Shown: positions 38,072 through 46,416 of the stretch, one piece after another
Position numbering within the stretch: the first letter of the stretch is position 1
How the letters are laid out: every line of letters starts with the position of its first letter
Translations under genes and position numbers: made by a program
IMG/VR virus record: IMGVR_UViG_3300030616_000017
Span: 1 to 64,000 of that record
Direction: 5' to 3' (one strand)
Source: a virus
Length of the DNA stretch: 64,000 bases
Notes under the pieces: generated by a model
Databases searched by the model: none
What the model saw: the letters and a program-made list of their open reading frames with translations, nothing else
What the model was told of the DNA's origin: nothing

Positions 38072-39105
38072 TGAATTAAACCTCTACTTTTTAATTTTTT
38101 AGACAGCATAGCTGCCATCTGATTTATAAAGAACTTGATTTGTCTCATTAAGCCGTATAAATGTTTATCTAAGAATGCTTCTCCATCTCCGTGAAATGCA
38201 TCCCACCGTTGAGGACGTCTACTTTCTGGATACATAGAAGCATCCAGCTGTGTAAGCCAATAATTGAAGCCTTGGAACTGAAACGAAGGACTAGTACTGA
38301 ATACCTGCACGTCGCTCACTTCCAAGATTTCTTTCATCTCCTTCTGCCCTATACTCTCTCCTTCAAACGCTTCTATCCACTCTAAAGCTCCTAGTATCTT
38401 GACTTGAATCTCATACACTTTAGCGCGATTGCGATTAAGAGAGAGAGAAGAAGGGTCTACTTCCATCTTATCAGTGCTATAAAATCTGTAAGAGCTTCCT
38501 ATGTTATCGTTAGGAGCTTTAGCCCCAAGCTCTGTAGCACTAGTTAAGAATTGAAATGTAACACTCCCTTCTGCTTCATTTATTACACAATCAACAAGCT
38601 TTGCTGTAATGTTTTCTGCACCCATTACTCTATTTCTATCTTTGCGCCATGTCTGTGTAAAGTCGCTTGCATTACCTGCGTCAGCTAAGTCATACAGAGA
38701 AATCTCTTTAAGTGTTCCTTTAGGATAATGAATAAGAGGACGATTGATTGTCTTCTTTTCTACCCTCTCAAACTTCTTTGTATATTCTTTGTCATTTATA
38801 AAACGATCACCTGCTAAGTCTACAGGAATCACTAACGCACCTTTCACATTGCCGTCATAATCCTCTATATCCATAGGAGGAGTCATGGTGGTATAATGTT
38901 TATCCCCATGCAAAAGATCAGTACCACTAAAAATAGTAGCGACTCTTGGAAACTTTGATATTCTATGTTTAGTCACCAAGAAGTCTCTATAGGAGTCAAA
39001 AAACACTCCTAACACTTTGTAAGAGGAAATAACAAATCTCACTATTCTTACTTCATCTAAATTATCTAGCCCTAATTGGGTCTTTAGAAGCTTTCCTGTT
39101 GTCAT
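38068..39105 (-). CDS. Hypothetical protein with a degenerate (Cys-less) SWIM-like C-terminus
   Basis: VQVFSTSPSF.FQGF.Y......P......FLDKHL. Confidence 0.6.
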   Translation of the reverse strand: MTTGKLLKTQLGLDNLDEVRIVRFVISSYKVLGVFFDSYRDFLVTKHRISKFPRVATIFSGTDLLHGDKHYTTMTPPMDIEDYDGNVKGALVIPVDLAGDRFINDKEYTKKFERVEKKTINRPLIHYPKGTLKEISLYDLADAGNASDFTQTWRKDRNRVMGAENITAKLVDCVINEAEGSVTFQFLTSATELGAKAPNDNIGSSYRFYSTDKMEVDPSSLSLNRNRAKVYEIQVKILGALEWIEAFEGESIGQKEMKEILEVSDVQVFSTSPSFQFQGFNYWLTQLDASMYPESRRPQRWDAFHGDGEAFLDKHLYGLMRQIKFFINQMAAMLSKKLKSRGLIQ

Positions 39106-39611
39106 TAGATTTCATCCCCATAGCTCTCTACAATAGACTGCACCTCTTCTGGAAGAGGCATATTATGAGGAGAGCAATTAAACTTTCTTCCTGTAATGTA
39201 ACCTGCTTGCACTGTTCCTAGCAGCTCCGACACTCTTAATACTAAATACAAATCTTTTGCACTCCTTCCATCATGAATTATATGAATAAGAATATCTCCT
39301 TTTTCCACATTATCCTCATGAGCGGCAAATCCTTCTATAGGAAGTACATCGTAAAAGTAAAGAGCTTCTGGCTGAGCGACTGCGCTTGTAACATCCTCTC
39401 TTAGTCTTGTGTAGGGTAGGTCATCAGGAAAAATTAAATTAACGGTGATTTTATCACTATCAATAATTTCTACTGTTTCGTCTCCATATATGTTTTCTTC
39501 TACTTTAAGACGAACAACAACAGACTCTATTCCTATTTGACTTATTTTATAGTCTCGGAGTTTGAGTCTGGCTTGTATTTGGCTTTTAGCGATTTTATCT
39601 TGTAGGCTCAA
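39105..39611 (-). CDS. Head completion / neck protein (gp14-like)
   Basis: TTG start after RBS and late promoter; NIYGD and beta-rich stopper-like fold. Confidence 0.45.
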   Translation of the reverse strand: MSLQDKIAKSQIQARLKLRDYKISQIGIESVVVRLKVEENIYGDETVEIIDSDKITVNLIFPDDLPYTRLREDVTSAVAQPEALYFYDVLPIEGFAAHEDNVEKGDILIHIIHDGRSAKDLYLVLRVSELLGTVQAGYITGRKFNCSPHNMPLPEEVQSIVESYGDEI

Positions 39612-39635
39612 CCTTTCTTTCCTTTTTGAGTATTA

Positions 39636-39647
39636 TATTATATTAGT
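39636..39647 (-). promoter_or_regulatory. Late-promoter motif ACTAATATAATA
   Basis: Exact copy inside a short TGAGTA...TACTCA inverted repeat. Confidence 0.7.
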
Positions 39648-39664
39648 ACTCATATAGAAAAGAT

Positions 39665-40216
39665 TTAAGAAACTGGTCGCCGAGCAGAAGGAACTCTTGT
39701 TTGAGCTCTCTCTTCTCCTTTTACAGAGTTGGCTCTATCCTCTATAGAAAGAGAGCGAAGTTCACTTCGCATATTAAGCGAAAGGTTGATGAGTAGATTA
39801 TCTATTTTTTTCCACCCCTCCACAAGTTGGCGGTATAGGGATAGTTCCCTTTCAAGACGATCTAAAGAAGACCTCTTCTCCCTAAACTCTTCTTTATTTC
39901 TTACTCTTGTTTCAGATTCAAGCTCTTGTTTAGAGAGCCACTTAGTTCCCGCGATATCGTTCGTGTTGATCTCTCTTCTTGTAGCTACGAATCTCTCATC
40001 CCACCACATATCGAACTCTCTCTGTGCGGAAATCAATTCTGCTTTCTTTCTTTGATACTCCGATGTAAGAGTAAAAAGAATAGGCCCATAATTAGCAAGA
40101 GCTCCGTTGAGTCTATCTGGTGTAATAATTTCATTATCGGTTAGGGTAGCATATCGTCTGTACTTTTGTACGACAGCACTTACCATATCGATGTATTCTC
40201 TTGTATTTTCATCCAC
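39665..40216 (-). CDS. UvsY-like helical recombination mediator (tentative)
   Basis: All-helical 183 aa with UvsY-like layout; preceded by an early-type promoter. Confidence 0.45.
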   Translation of the reverse strand: MDENTREYIDMVSAVVQKYRRYATLTDNEIITPDRLNGALANYGPILFTLTSEYQRKKAELISAQREFDMWWDERFVATRREINTNDIAGTKWLSKQELESETRVRNKEEFREKRSSLDRLERELSLYRQLVEGWKKIDNLLINLSLNMRSELRSLSIEDRANSVKGEERAQTRVPSARRPVS

Positions 40217-40262
40217 GAAAATACCCTCCTCGTTGTGTTGTAATTTCCTTACTATATGTTAT

Positions 40263-40291
40263 AATATAACAAAAAATATCACTTTTTTAAA
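40263..40291 (-). promoter_or_regulatory. Early-type promoter, extended -10 TGtTATATT with weak -35 TTTAAA
   Basis: Same TTTTTTGTTATATTATA context as the promoter at 32466. Confidence 0.5.
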
Positions 40292-40310
40292 TGATAGAGG
40301 AGGGTATTGT

Positions 40311-40895
40311 TTATAACAATTCGTGTTCTTTCAACTCTTCTTTATACTCATCAGTCATTTTTTCTTCTGCATTTTCATCTACTTTCTTCAACTCCTCTTC
40401 TAAAGCTACGTCATCTGGAATAACCTTGCCAGAAAAAATTCTCTCATCTGCTTCACTCAAGCCGGTTCCATCTGCTTTTCCTTTTCCAGGCCCAGCGCCT
40501 TGACCATGAGGCCCGGTTCCATCTCTTTTATACAACCTATCTTCTTCTGTTTCTTCCTCATCTTCATCTTCCTCTTCCTCTTCATCTTTATACGGCTCTT
40601 CTTTATGAGTCATCACTGAATCAATTCCAAAAGAAGTAGAGCTTTGTACTGCTTCTTCTATAAAGTCTTTAGCGGATTTTTCAGATTTAATAAACTCTGC
40701 TACACTAAATCTTTCATCTACTCCCAGATGAGAGAGTACAATACGCTTTGCATATTCGAAATGCTTGCTCTCAAAAACCTCTTCCTTTACTCCGTAAGCT
40801 TCAGAGGTGCTTGCTTTAGCTTTTTCCCACAACTTTTTAATATCGTTTTCTGACTGTCCTGTTTCTTTAACCAATGCTTTCACATAAGGGCTCAT
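40311..40895 (-). CDS. Acidic hypothetical protein with ChaB-like N-terminus (putative prohead core / internal protein)
   Basis: IKKLWEKAK...FEYAKRIV; poly-Glu tract; RDGTGPHGQG.G motif; many [ILV]xE sites. Confidence 0.6.
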   Translation of the reverse strand: MSPYVKALVKETGQSENDIKKLWEKAKASTSEAYGVKEEVFESKHFEYAKRIVLSHLGVDERFSVAEFIKSEKSAKDFIEEAVQSSTSFGIDSVMTHKEEPYKDEEEEEDEDEEETEEDRLYKRDGTGPHGQGAGPGKGKADGTGLSEADERIFSGKVIPDDVALEEELKKVDENAEEKMTDEYKEELKEHELL

Positions 40896-40910
40896 CTTTC
40901 TTTACCTCTC

Positions 40911-41240
40911 TTATATACTTTGGATGGTGTTTCTAGCAGCCCACTTATTGGACCAAATCCAAATATATGGATCAGTTCCGTTTTTGGCTGTTTGAATCAT
41001 CTGCTTATATGTTCTGTTCTTTGTTGAGGGAGGATCGGTTTCATGATCCTTTGCTTTCAATCGTCTAAGTAACAAAGCGAATTCATCTTCAGATCCTCTA
41101 AAGCGAAACTCCCCTTTGTTAACCCCATCCCCTTGCCTGTTTTCGACAGGGCGTAGGCGATATTGATTTTCTCCCTCTACATAAATCTTAATTTTAAGTA
41201 GTCTATTTCTTTCTTCTTTTACTTTTTTAAGTATAACCAT
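40911..41240 (-). CDS. Hypothetical protein (MVILKKVKEE leader)
   Basis: 109 aa ORF with RBS. Confidence 0.6.
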   Translation of the reverse strand: MVILKKVKEERNRLLKIKIYVEGENQYRLRPVENRQGDGVNKGEFRFRGSEDEFALLLRRLKAKDHETDPPSTKNRTYKQMIQTAKNGTDPYIWIWSNKWAARNTIQSI

Positions 41241-41253
41241 CTATCCTTGCTCC

Positions 41254-41643
41254 TTAACTTGAGGATGATTCTCCCTCTTCATCACTGTCTGGTGTATAAC
41301 CGTACACTCTTACTTTTATTGTATTCTCTTCCCCCGATGTATCTGCAAACCCAATAGAAACTAATCCTGCAGAAAACAATTCAGAAGGAGAAAAAGCAAA
41401 AAAATCTTTTATACCGAATTGAACTACTTCTGCTCCTGTAAGTGTAATAGTCGCTTCTCCTGTCGCCTCAATCACCACTAAGCGAATATCTTCTATAGTG
41501 TTTACAGGAAGGGTAAGAGCTCCCAGAGCGAGAAGATTTACATCGTATTCTACTTTCTCTTGTAATGTCCAAGTTATCTCTTTGTAAAAATTATTTGTAT
41601 TTCTTGTGAGATTTTCATCGTATACTTTGCTTATGAATTTCAT
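41254..41643 (-). CDS. Hypothetical beta-rich (structural?) protein
   Basis: 129 aa directly after a late promoter. Confidence 0.6.
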   Translation of the reverse strand: MKFISKVYDENLTRNTNNFYKEITWTLQEKVEYDVNLLALGALTLPVNTIEDIRLVVIEATGEATITLTGAEVVQFGIKDFFAFSPSELFSAGLVSIGFADTSGEENTIKVRVYGYTPDSDEEGESSSS

Positions 41644-41654
41644 TCTTTTCCTCT

Positions 41655-41666
41655 TATTATATTAGT
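41655..41666 (-). promoter_or_regulatory. Late-promoter motif ACTAATATAATA
   Basis: Exact copy followed by AGAGGA RBS and ATG. Confidence 0.75.
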
Positions 41667-41893
41667 TATATTTCCCCATAAAGATACTTAACAATGTAAT
41701 CGTATAAGTAACTATAAAATACATTATCACTTGGTGTTGGTACTTCTGAAATATTCACTCTATCAAAACTTATAGGAATAAGAGTATTGTTAATGAAGAT
41801 TTCAGTATGCTTTCTCTTTTCCTTCAAAGAAATATAAAATCCGGGCAAGTCTTCTTCTAAACGTTGTTGTATCCTTCTAAGCTCTGCGTCCAT
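41666..41893 (-). CDS. Hypothetical protein
   Basis: 75 aa in operon context. Confidence 0.5.
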   Translation of the reverse strand: MDAELRRIQQRLEEDLPGFYISLKEKRKHTEIFINNTLIPISFDRVNISEVPTPSDNVFYSYLYDYIVKYLYGEI

Positions 41894-42138
41894 GGTGCGT
41901 CTTTATAGTTTTCAGCAAGTTTTTCTAATTTTTTTACAATTTCTTCCGTTATTGTAAAATCTAAAACTTGCTGAGGAACACCTTCTTTTATGGCTTGGAA
42001 GTCGAGGTCTTGTTCTACCTCATCTTCCTCTTCCATGTATTCGGCGTACCACCTATCCTCCTCTATATTTAATATAACAGTAAAATGATCAAAATTAAAG
42101 GATATCTCATGGAAAGTTTCTATTAGAGGATCACTCAT
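41857..42138 (-). CDS. Hypothetical acidic protein
   Basis: 93 aa, start overlaps the upstream stop. Confidence 0.55.
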   Translation of the reverse strand: MSDPLIETFHEISFNFDHFTVILNIEEDRWYAEYMEEEDEVEQDLDFQAIKEGVPQQVLDFTITEEIVKKLEKLAENYKDAPWTQSLEGYNNV

Positions 42139-42823
42139 CTTTTAAGATACCTCTTTTCATAAGATGTTCTATAAGAGCTAAGCCGTGCTTTGGAAAAAAA
42201 GGAATATTACTTGGATTTCTTTCCGGGGCTGATCTAAGAGGATGCATCTGCCCATACAAGTGTCCGTGGTAGCGAAGAGCCCATGCATCTCTAAAAATAA
42301 AATCACCATTTATTCCTAGCATTTGGGCGTTATAGTCGCCAACATCTAAATACTTAGCACTGCGCTTGTGTCGTTGAACTAAACGCCTATACTCAGCTTG
42401 AGCTTCTTGTTGGGTGCGTGCTCTTCTTTGAGCTTTTTCTCTAAAACGTCTTCTTGTTTCGGGATACAGAGATTGAATATGCTTTTGAGGAGGCTTCTTT
42501 ACCCACTTCTTATAACTACCTAATCTATATTTCCATATTTTATTATTGAGGGTGAGTTCTTTTAAGGTAAGAATGCTTTCGTATTGATGACGTATTCTTC
42601 GCTGATTCCTTCCTCTGCTCCCCCTAACGTAAGCTCCGTATTGAGGATAGGAAAAGGTTTCTATTTTAAAATACTTCTGGGGTCGCTCAGGGTGATTAAC
42701 ATTTATATCATATCTTTCTTTGATAACTACACGCCTCAATACATCTCTTTCTCTGTAGTTGAAGCGTGTGGGGAAGTGTCTGCGGGTAAGTAGCATGACT
42801 TGTTTTATGGTAAAATTACCCAT
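42131..42823 (-). CDS. Basic hypothetical protein with a degenerate SWIM-like C-terminus
   Basis: Arg/Lys-rich; GDFIFRDAW...G.LYG.....P.RNP.N.P.FPKH. Confidence 0.6.
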   Translation of the reverse strand: MGNFTIKQVMLLTRRHFPTRFNYRERDVLRRVVIKERYDINVNHPERPQKYFKIETFSYPQYGAYVRGSRGRNQRRIRHQYESILTLKELTLNNKIWKYRLGSYKKWVKKPPQKHIQSLYPETRRRFREKAQRRARTQQEAQAEYRRLVQRHKRSAKYLDVGDYNAQMLGINGDFIFRDAWALRYHGHLYGQMHPLRSAPERNPSNIPFFPKHGLALIEHLMKRGILKDE

Positions 42824-42829
42824 AAACTG

Positions 42830-43570
42830 TTACCCCCGTAGCAGCACAACTTTAGGATAGTTTTTCCACTTCTCTGTTACTTCTTCGTATAACTCTTCTG
42901 CTCTAGAAATAAGCTCTCCTCCATCTAAATCATCAGGAGAGGAGGTAGAGATTTGATTGCGTAAAGAACCAAAATAATGAAGAACATAGCTCTGGGCTAA
43001 TTTAATAACATCTTCTTCAAATCTAAAATCAACAGATGCCCAGTCTAAAGAGTATTTAGCCCATATAATAGACAATTGGCCTGTAATGTTGCTGTAGCCT
43101 GTGACTTTTCTGTTAGCATAATCAATTGTTTTCTTAAAGCCTTTATATGTATCTGTGATACTTTGTCTACGAGCTTTCTCTGCATAGTACACTTCACTAT
43201 ATCCATAGTCGTTTCCTGTATTCCACATATTAGCATACCCTCTGCTTTCCGCTTGTCTGATGTTGAGGTCGTTAATAAGAGGGTTACCTGTTTTTATCGT
43301 AGAATAATAAGGGCGGGTGTTAAGACGAAGATCTAGTACGCCCCATGTCTGCTCATCAGGAAAATCCACTGAAAATGTAGAATTGACTTGATAAGAGGCT
43401 TCCTCTTTCACGGGAAACCATTTGAAGTAAATGTTCTTTAGAGCGGGCAAAATGAGTAGATCTTCCACTTGATCTCTTGTTACTTCTAAATCGGTTTCCG
43501 ATACAATGGGATAACCCATGCAAGTCATTATTCTTTGATATATGTCATCGGGAAGTGTAAGTTGAGACAT
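42830..43570 (-). CDS. Neck / head-tail adaptor protein (gp13-like)
   Basis: MGYPIV...EVTRDQVED; C-terminal LDGGELISRAEE. Confidence 0.75.
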   Translation of the reverse strand: MSQLTLPDDIYQRIMTCMGYPIVSETDLEVTRDQVEDLLILPALKNIYFKWFPVKEEASYQVNSTFSVDFPDEQTWGVLDLRLNTRPYYSTIKTGNPLINDLNIRQAESRGYANMWNTGNDYGYSEVYYAEKARRQSITDTYKGFKKTIDYANRKVTGYSNITGQLSIIWAKYSLDWASVDFRFEEDVIKLAQSYVLHYFGSLRNQISTSSPDDLDGGELISRAEELYEEVTEKWKNYPKVVLLRG

Positions 43571-43580
43571 CTCTTCTCCC

Positions 43581-43865
43581 TTAGAATTGTTTAGATGCTG
43601 TAAAGCTTAAATTCCTAAAAAGCTGGGAAACTTCGTAATCTACATCTGCCCAATCTTCAGACATGTACATAAAAAGATTAGCTAAATCTGTTGCTAAGTA
43701 TCTAGAACCTTTATCACTGTAAACTTCTGTTGTAAGACTGGAAAAGTCAGGTCCAAGAAATCTTTTAAAATGATCCTCTTTTAGAATACGAATCTTATCA
43801 CCTTTTTCAAGAATAATATTCCCAATACGAGTATCTTCTTTTATTTCCACAATACCTTTTTTCAT
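43581..43865 (-). CDS. Module-tagged hypothetical protein
   Basis: MKKGIVEIKEDTRIGNIILEKGDKIRILKE. Confidence 0.7.
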   Translation of the reverse strand: MKKGIVEIKEDTRIGNIILEKGDKIRILKEDHFKRFLGPDFSSLTTEVYSDKGSRYLATDLANLFMYMSEDWADVDYEVSQLFRNLSFTASKQF

Positions 43866-43898
43866 TCTTGTTTACTCCTTCTTAAATAAACCACTTAG

Positions 43899-43948
43899 AA
43901 AAGCCTTTTACCTCAATCTGTAGTAGGAAGAGGAGGAGGTAAAAGGCT
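43899..43948 (-). terminator. Hairpin / terminator
   Basis: 13-bp inverted repeat AGCCTTTTACCTC / GAGGTAAAAGGCT, 21-nt loop, short U-tract. Confidence 0.55.
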
Positions 43949-43964
43949 GATGTAAAGAGTTCAC

Positions 43965-44222
43965 TTATTTCTTTTTCTTTTTAGATTCTTCTTTTTCTTC
44001 TTCGTCATCTTTTTCTTCTTCGTCTTCACCTTCTTCATCTTCTTTTTCGTCTTCGTCGCCCATTTCTTCTTCTTCATCTTTCTTTTTAGCTTCCTCTACC
44101 TTAGAGTAAACTATAATTTCATCACCTTTTTCAAGGATGATGTCGGTGCCAGCAATTCTAACATCCTCTTCTATAGTAAGCTTTACACCTTTTTCTTTTT
44201 TCTTCTTTTCTGCGTATCTCAT
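43965..44222 (-). CDS. Small protein consisting of the repeated module plus a D/E tail (start revised to ATG 44222)
   Basis: AAGGAGA RBS; MRYAEK...VKLTIEEDVRIAGTDIILEKGDEIIV..KVEEA then an acidic tract; own promoter and terminator. Confidence 0.7.
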   Translation of the reverse strand: MRYAEKKKKEKGVKLTIEEDVRIAGTDIILEKGDEIIVYSKVEEAKKKDEEEEMGDEDEKEDEEGEDEEEKDDEEEKEESKKKKK

Positions 44223-44262
44223 GCTTTTGTTCTCCTTTTCTAAATAAAGCAATCCGTGTTAA

Positions 44263-44274
44263 TATTATATTAGT
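44263..44274 (-). promoter_or_regulatory. Late-promoter motif ACTAATATAATA
   Basis: Exact copy. Confidence 0.75.
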
Positions 44275-44335
44275 ATGCCTTTTATAAAAAAATACAAGAA
44301 TATAATAAAAAAACCCTTACTATAACAAACTTATA

Positions 44336-46264
44336 TCATTTTTTGTGACGAGACGTACCTACTACTTGATTTTTCCATTTTGCAGTTTGAGAAAAATGTT
44401 CAACCCCATACTTACTTAAATTATTCTTCTTACGTGTTTCTTTAACTTCTTTGTTTTGCATTACCCATTCTGTTCCGTATTTTTTAAGATTAGTTTGTTT
44501 TCTTTTTTCTAACACACTTCTCCACTCTTCTTTTGTATACTTAGCATGATGTTTTTTTATTTTTTCACTACTGAGTTTATTTTTACACTTTTTATCTCCG
44601 CAAGTGTCCCAATAGAACATACCTGAACCTGAAAATGCTTTTTCCTTTCCACAATAAGGGCATATAGTAGACTCATTTTGAGACTTCAAGTATTTATTGT
44701 AGTAATCTTTGCGATCAATCTCGGGGTGAGCTATTGACAAGTGTTTTTTAAGACCTTTGAGAGACTTCATATTACGTTTACAAATTTCGCAATATTCGTA
44801 CCCTTCTTTACGGGGTTCTTCATGGTGTTCTGGCTTATGAAAATAATCTATTTGCTTTTCATTATTTTTTATATTCTCTTCTACTACTCCCCATCCAAAC
44901 ACCATATTACCGCAATCCCATATACGATCAAATCCATTATTTTTCATATTTTCCCATTCAGATAATTCAGAATTAAAATCATTAATCAGTTTATGTAATT
45001 TATGTTTTTGATATTTAATTCTACTCTCTAGATTCATATAATCTTTTGTGTAAAAATAGTTTGGGGAACTGGTATTTATATATGTAAACCCATTAGTTCT
45101 ATACACTTTTCCTGTGCTGTATCTCTTATCAGCATAAGATAATATATTTTTAGGATGATAATTTTTAACAAAATGATTTAATAATTTACTAAATCCCCCC
45201 ACTATTTGTACACTATGCAAAGAAGCAAAACGATGTATCTCATATTCATAAGTATTGTACCTTGAATGACCTAGAGCAAGCACCTGAACCAATCTACTGT
45301 TTTGATCTCGCAGACCATAAAAAATAGTGCTTCCTAAATAGGATTGTTGTAAATGATTTTGTTTGAGAAAATCTTGCGCTTCCTTTTTGTTTACTTTCTC
45401 ACAAATAGTTTTACGGGCATATATTCTTTCATTAAAAATACCTAACTTGCTTAATACAAGACTTTTCACTATATCCCAATATTTTACCATCTCTACATCT
45501 AATATATGTATAACATCAATATTAAAGTAGTCCTTAAAAAAATTATTTTTTTGTATATGATAACTTCTAGGGGTATTTCCCCTTATCTCTGAGTGCCAAT
45601 ATACCCCATCTATTTCTATACCAATGTTTTTATCAGGTATGTATACATCAAGCTCTTTATTTTTACCTCCATCTATATAAAACCTCTTGTTTTTTTCATA
45701 TTTTATAGAATATTCATCAAGAAGATCGGTTATATAAAGTTCTATACCGGAAATACCTTTATACTCTTTAGGAAAACACTTAGGGCATAACGGTACCCTT
45801 CTTCCTACAGAATTACCAGTAAAAATAGTTCCGCAGTGTTTACATTTCCATTGATATTCATATCTAACTCCCTTCCACTCTGTATCTATATTAAATAGTG
45901 GTTCAGAGTGCTTATCTTGCTTCATCTCAGTTTTAATACGAGAAATACTTCTATAATAATTTTTACAAGAGGCGGAGCATAATGTAGGAAACTTTTTAGA
46001 GGTTTTATTCCATGTTACTTTTTTACCGCAATATACGCAAGTAGGATGTTTATGGAGTTCATTTTCTATGCAATATATGCGAGCATTGAAATCTATGTCT
46101 TCAGGAAGAAAATTAGTGGCTTGCTCTACTTCTCTTTTAATTTGATTAAAGAAAGGATATTTAACAGGGTCTCGATCCTCATTTAATTTATTTAAGGTTT
46201 GGGTATTTCCTTCTTTAAATAAATGTTGATACATTCTACTCTTTAAATCTTTAGTATAAACCAC
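44336..46264 (-). mobile_element. Free-standing Hef-like / Vsr-type homing endonuclease gene
   Basis: Zn-ribbons (CxxC), ELDVYIP..IGIEIDG.YWH nuclease core, ARK...HLQ...RFAS...YADKRYS.G..Y...IWDCG domain, KYG.E repeats; visibly AT-richer; next to the capsid gene. Confidence 0.75.
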
Positions 46265-46302
46265 TAATCAACCTCTTTTTATACAATCTAATTATAATAT
46301 AA

Positions 46303-46314
46303 CATTATATTAGT
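46303..46314 (-). promoter_or_regulatory. Late-promoter motif variant ACTAATATAATG
   Basis: Upstream of the endonuclease gene. Confidence 0.65.
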
Positions 46315-46357
46315 AATAGTTCAAGAGTAGAGGTTATTTTAATGTAAAATAAGCAGT

Positions 46358-46385
46358 AAAAAACCCTCCTACTAAGAGGAGGGTT
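46358..46385 (-). terminator. Rho-independent terminator after the major capsid gene
   Basis: AACCCTCCT-N6-AGGAGGGTT with flanking T-runs on both strands. Confidence 0.85.
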
Positions 46386-46416
46386 GTTTTTTAGTTTATC
46401 TTATAAAGTCAATCTC

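Noticed and set aside
44336-46416. Group I intron or intein hosting the endonuclease
   Set aside because: The capsid gene ends normally with a terminator, and the endonuclease has its own promoter and interrupts no gene
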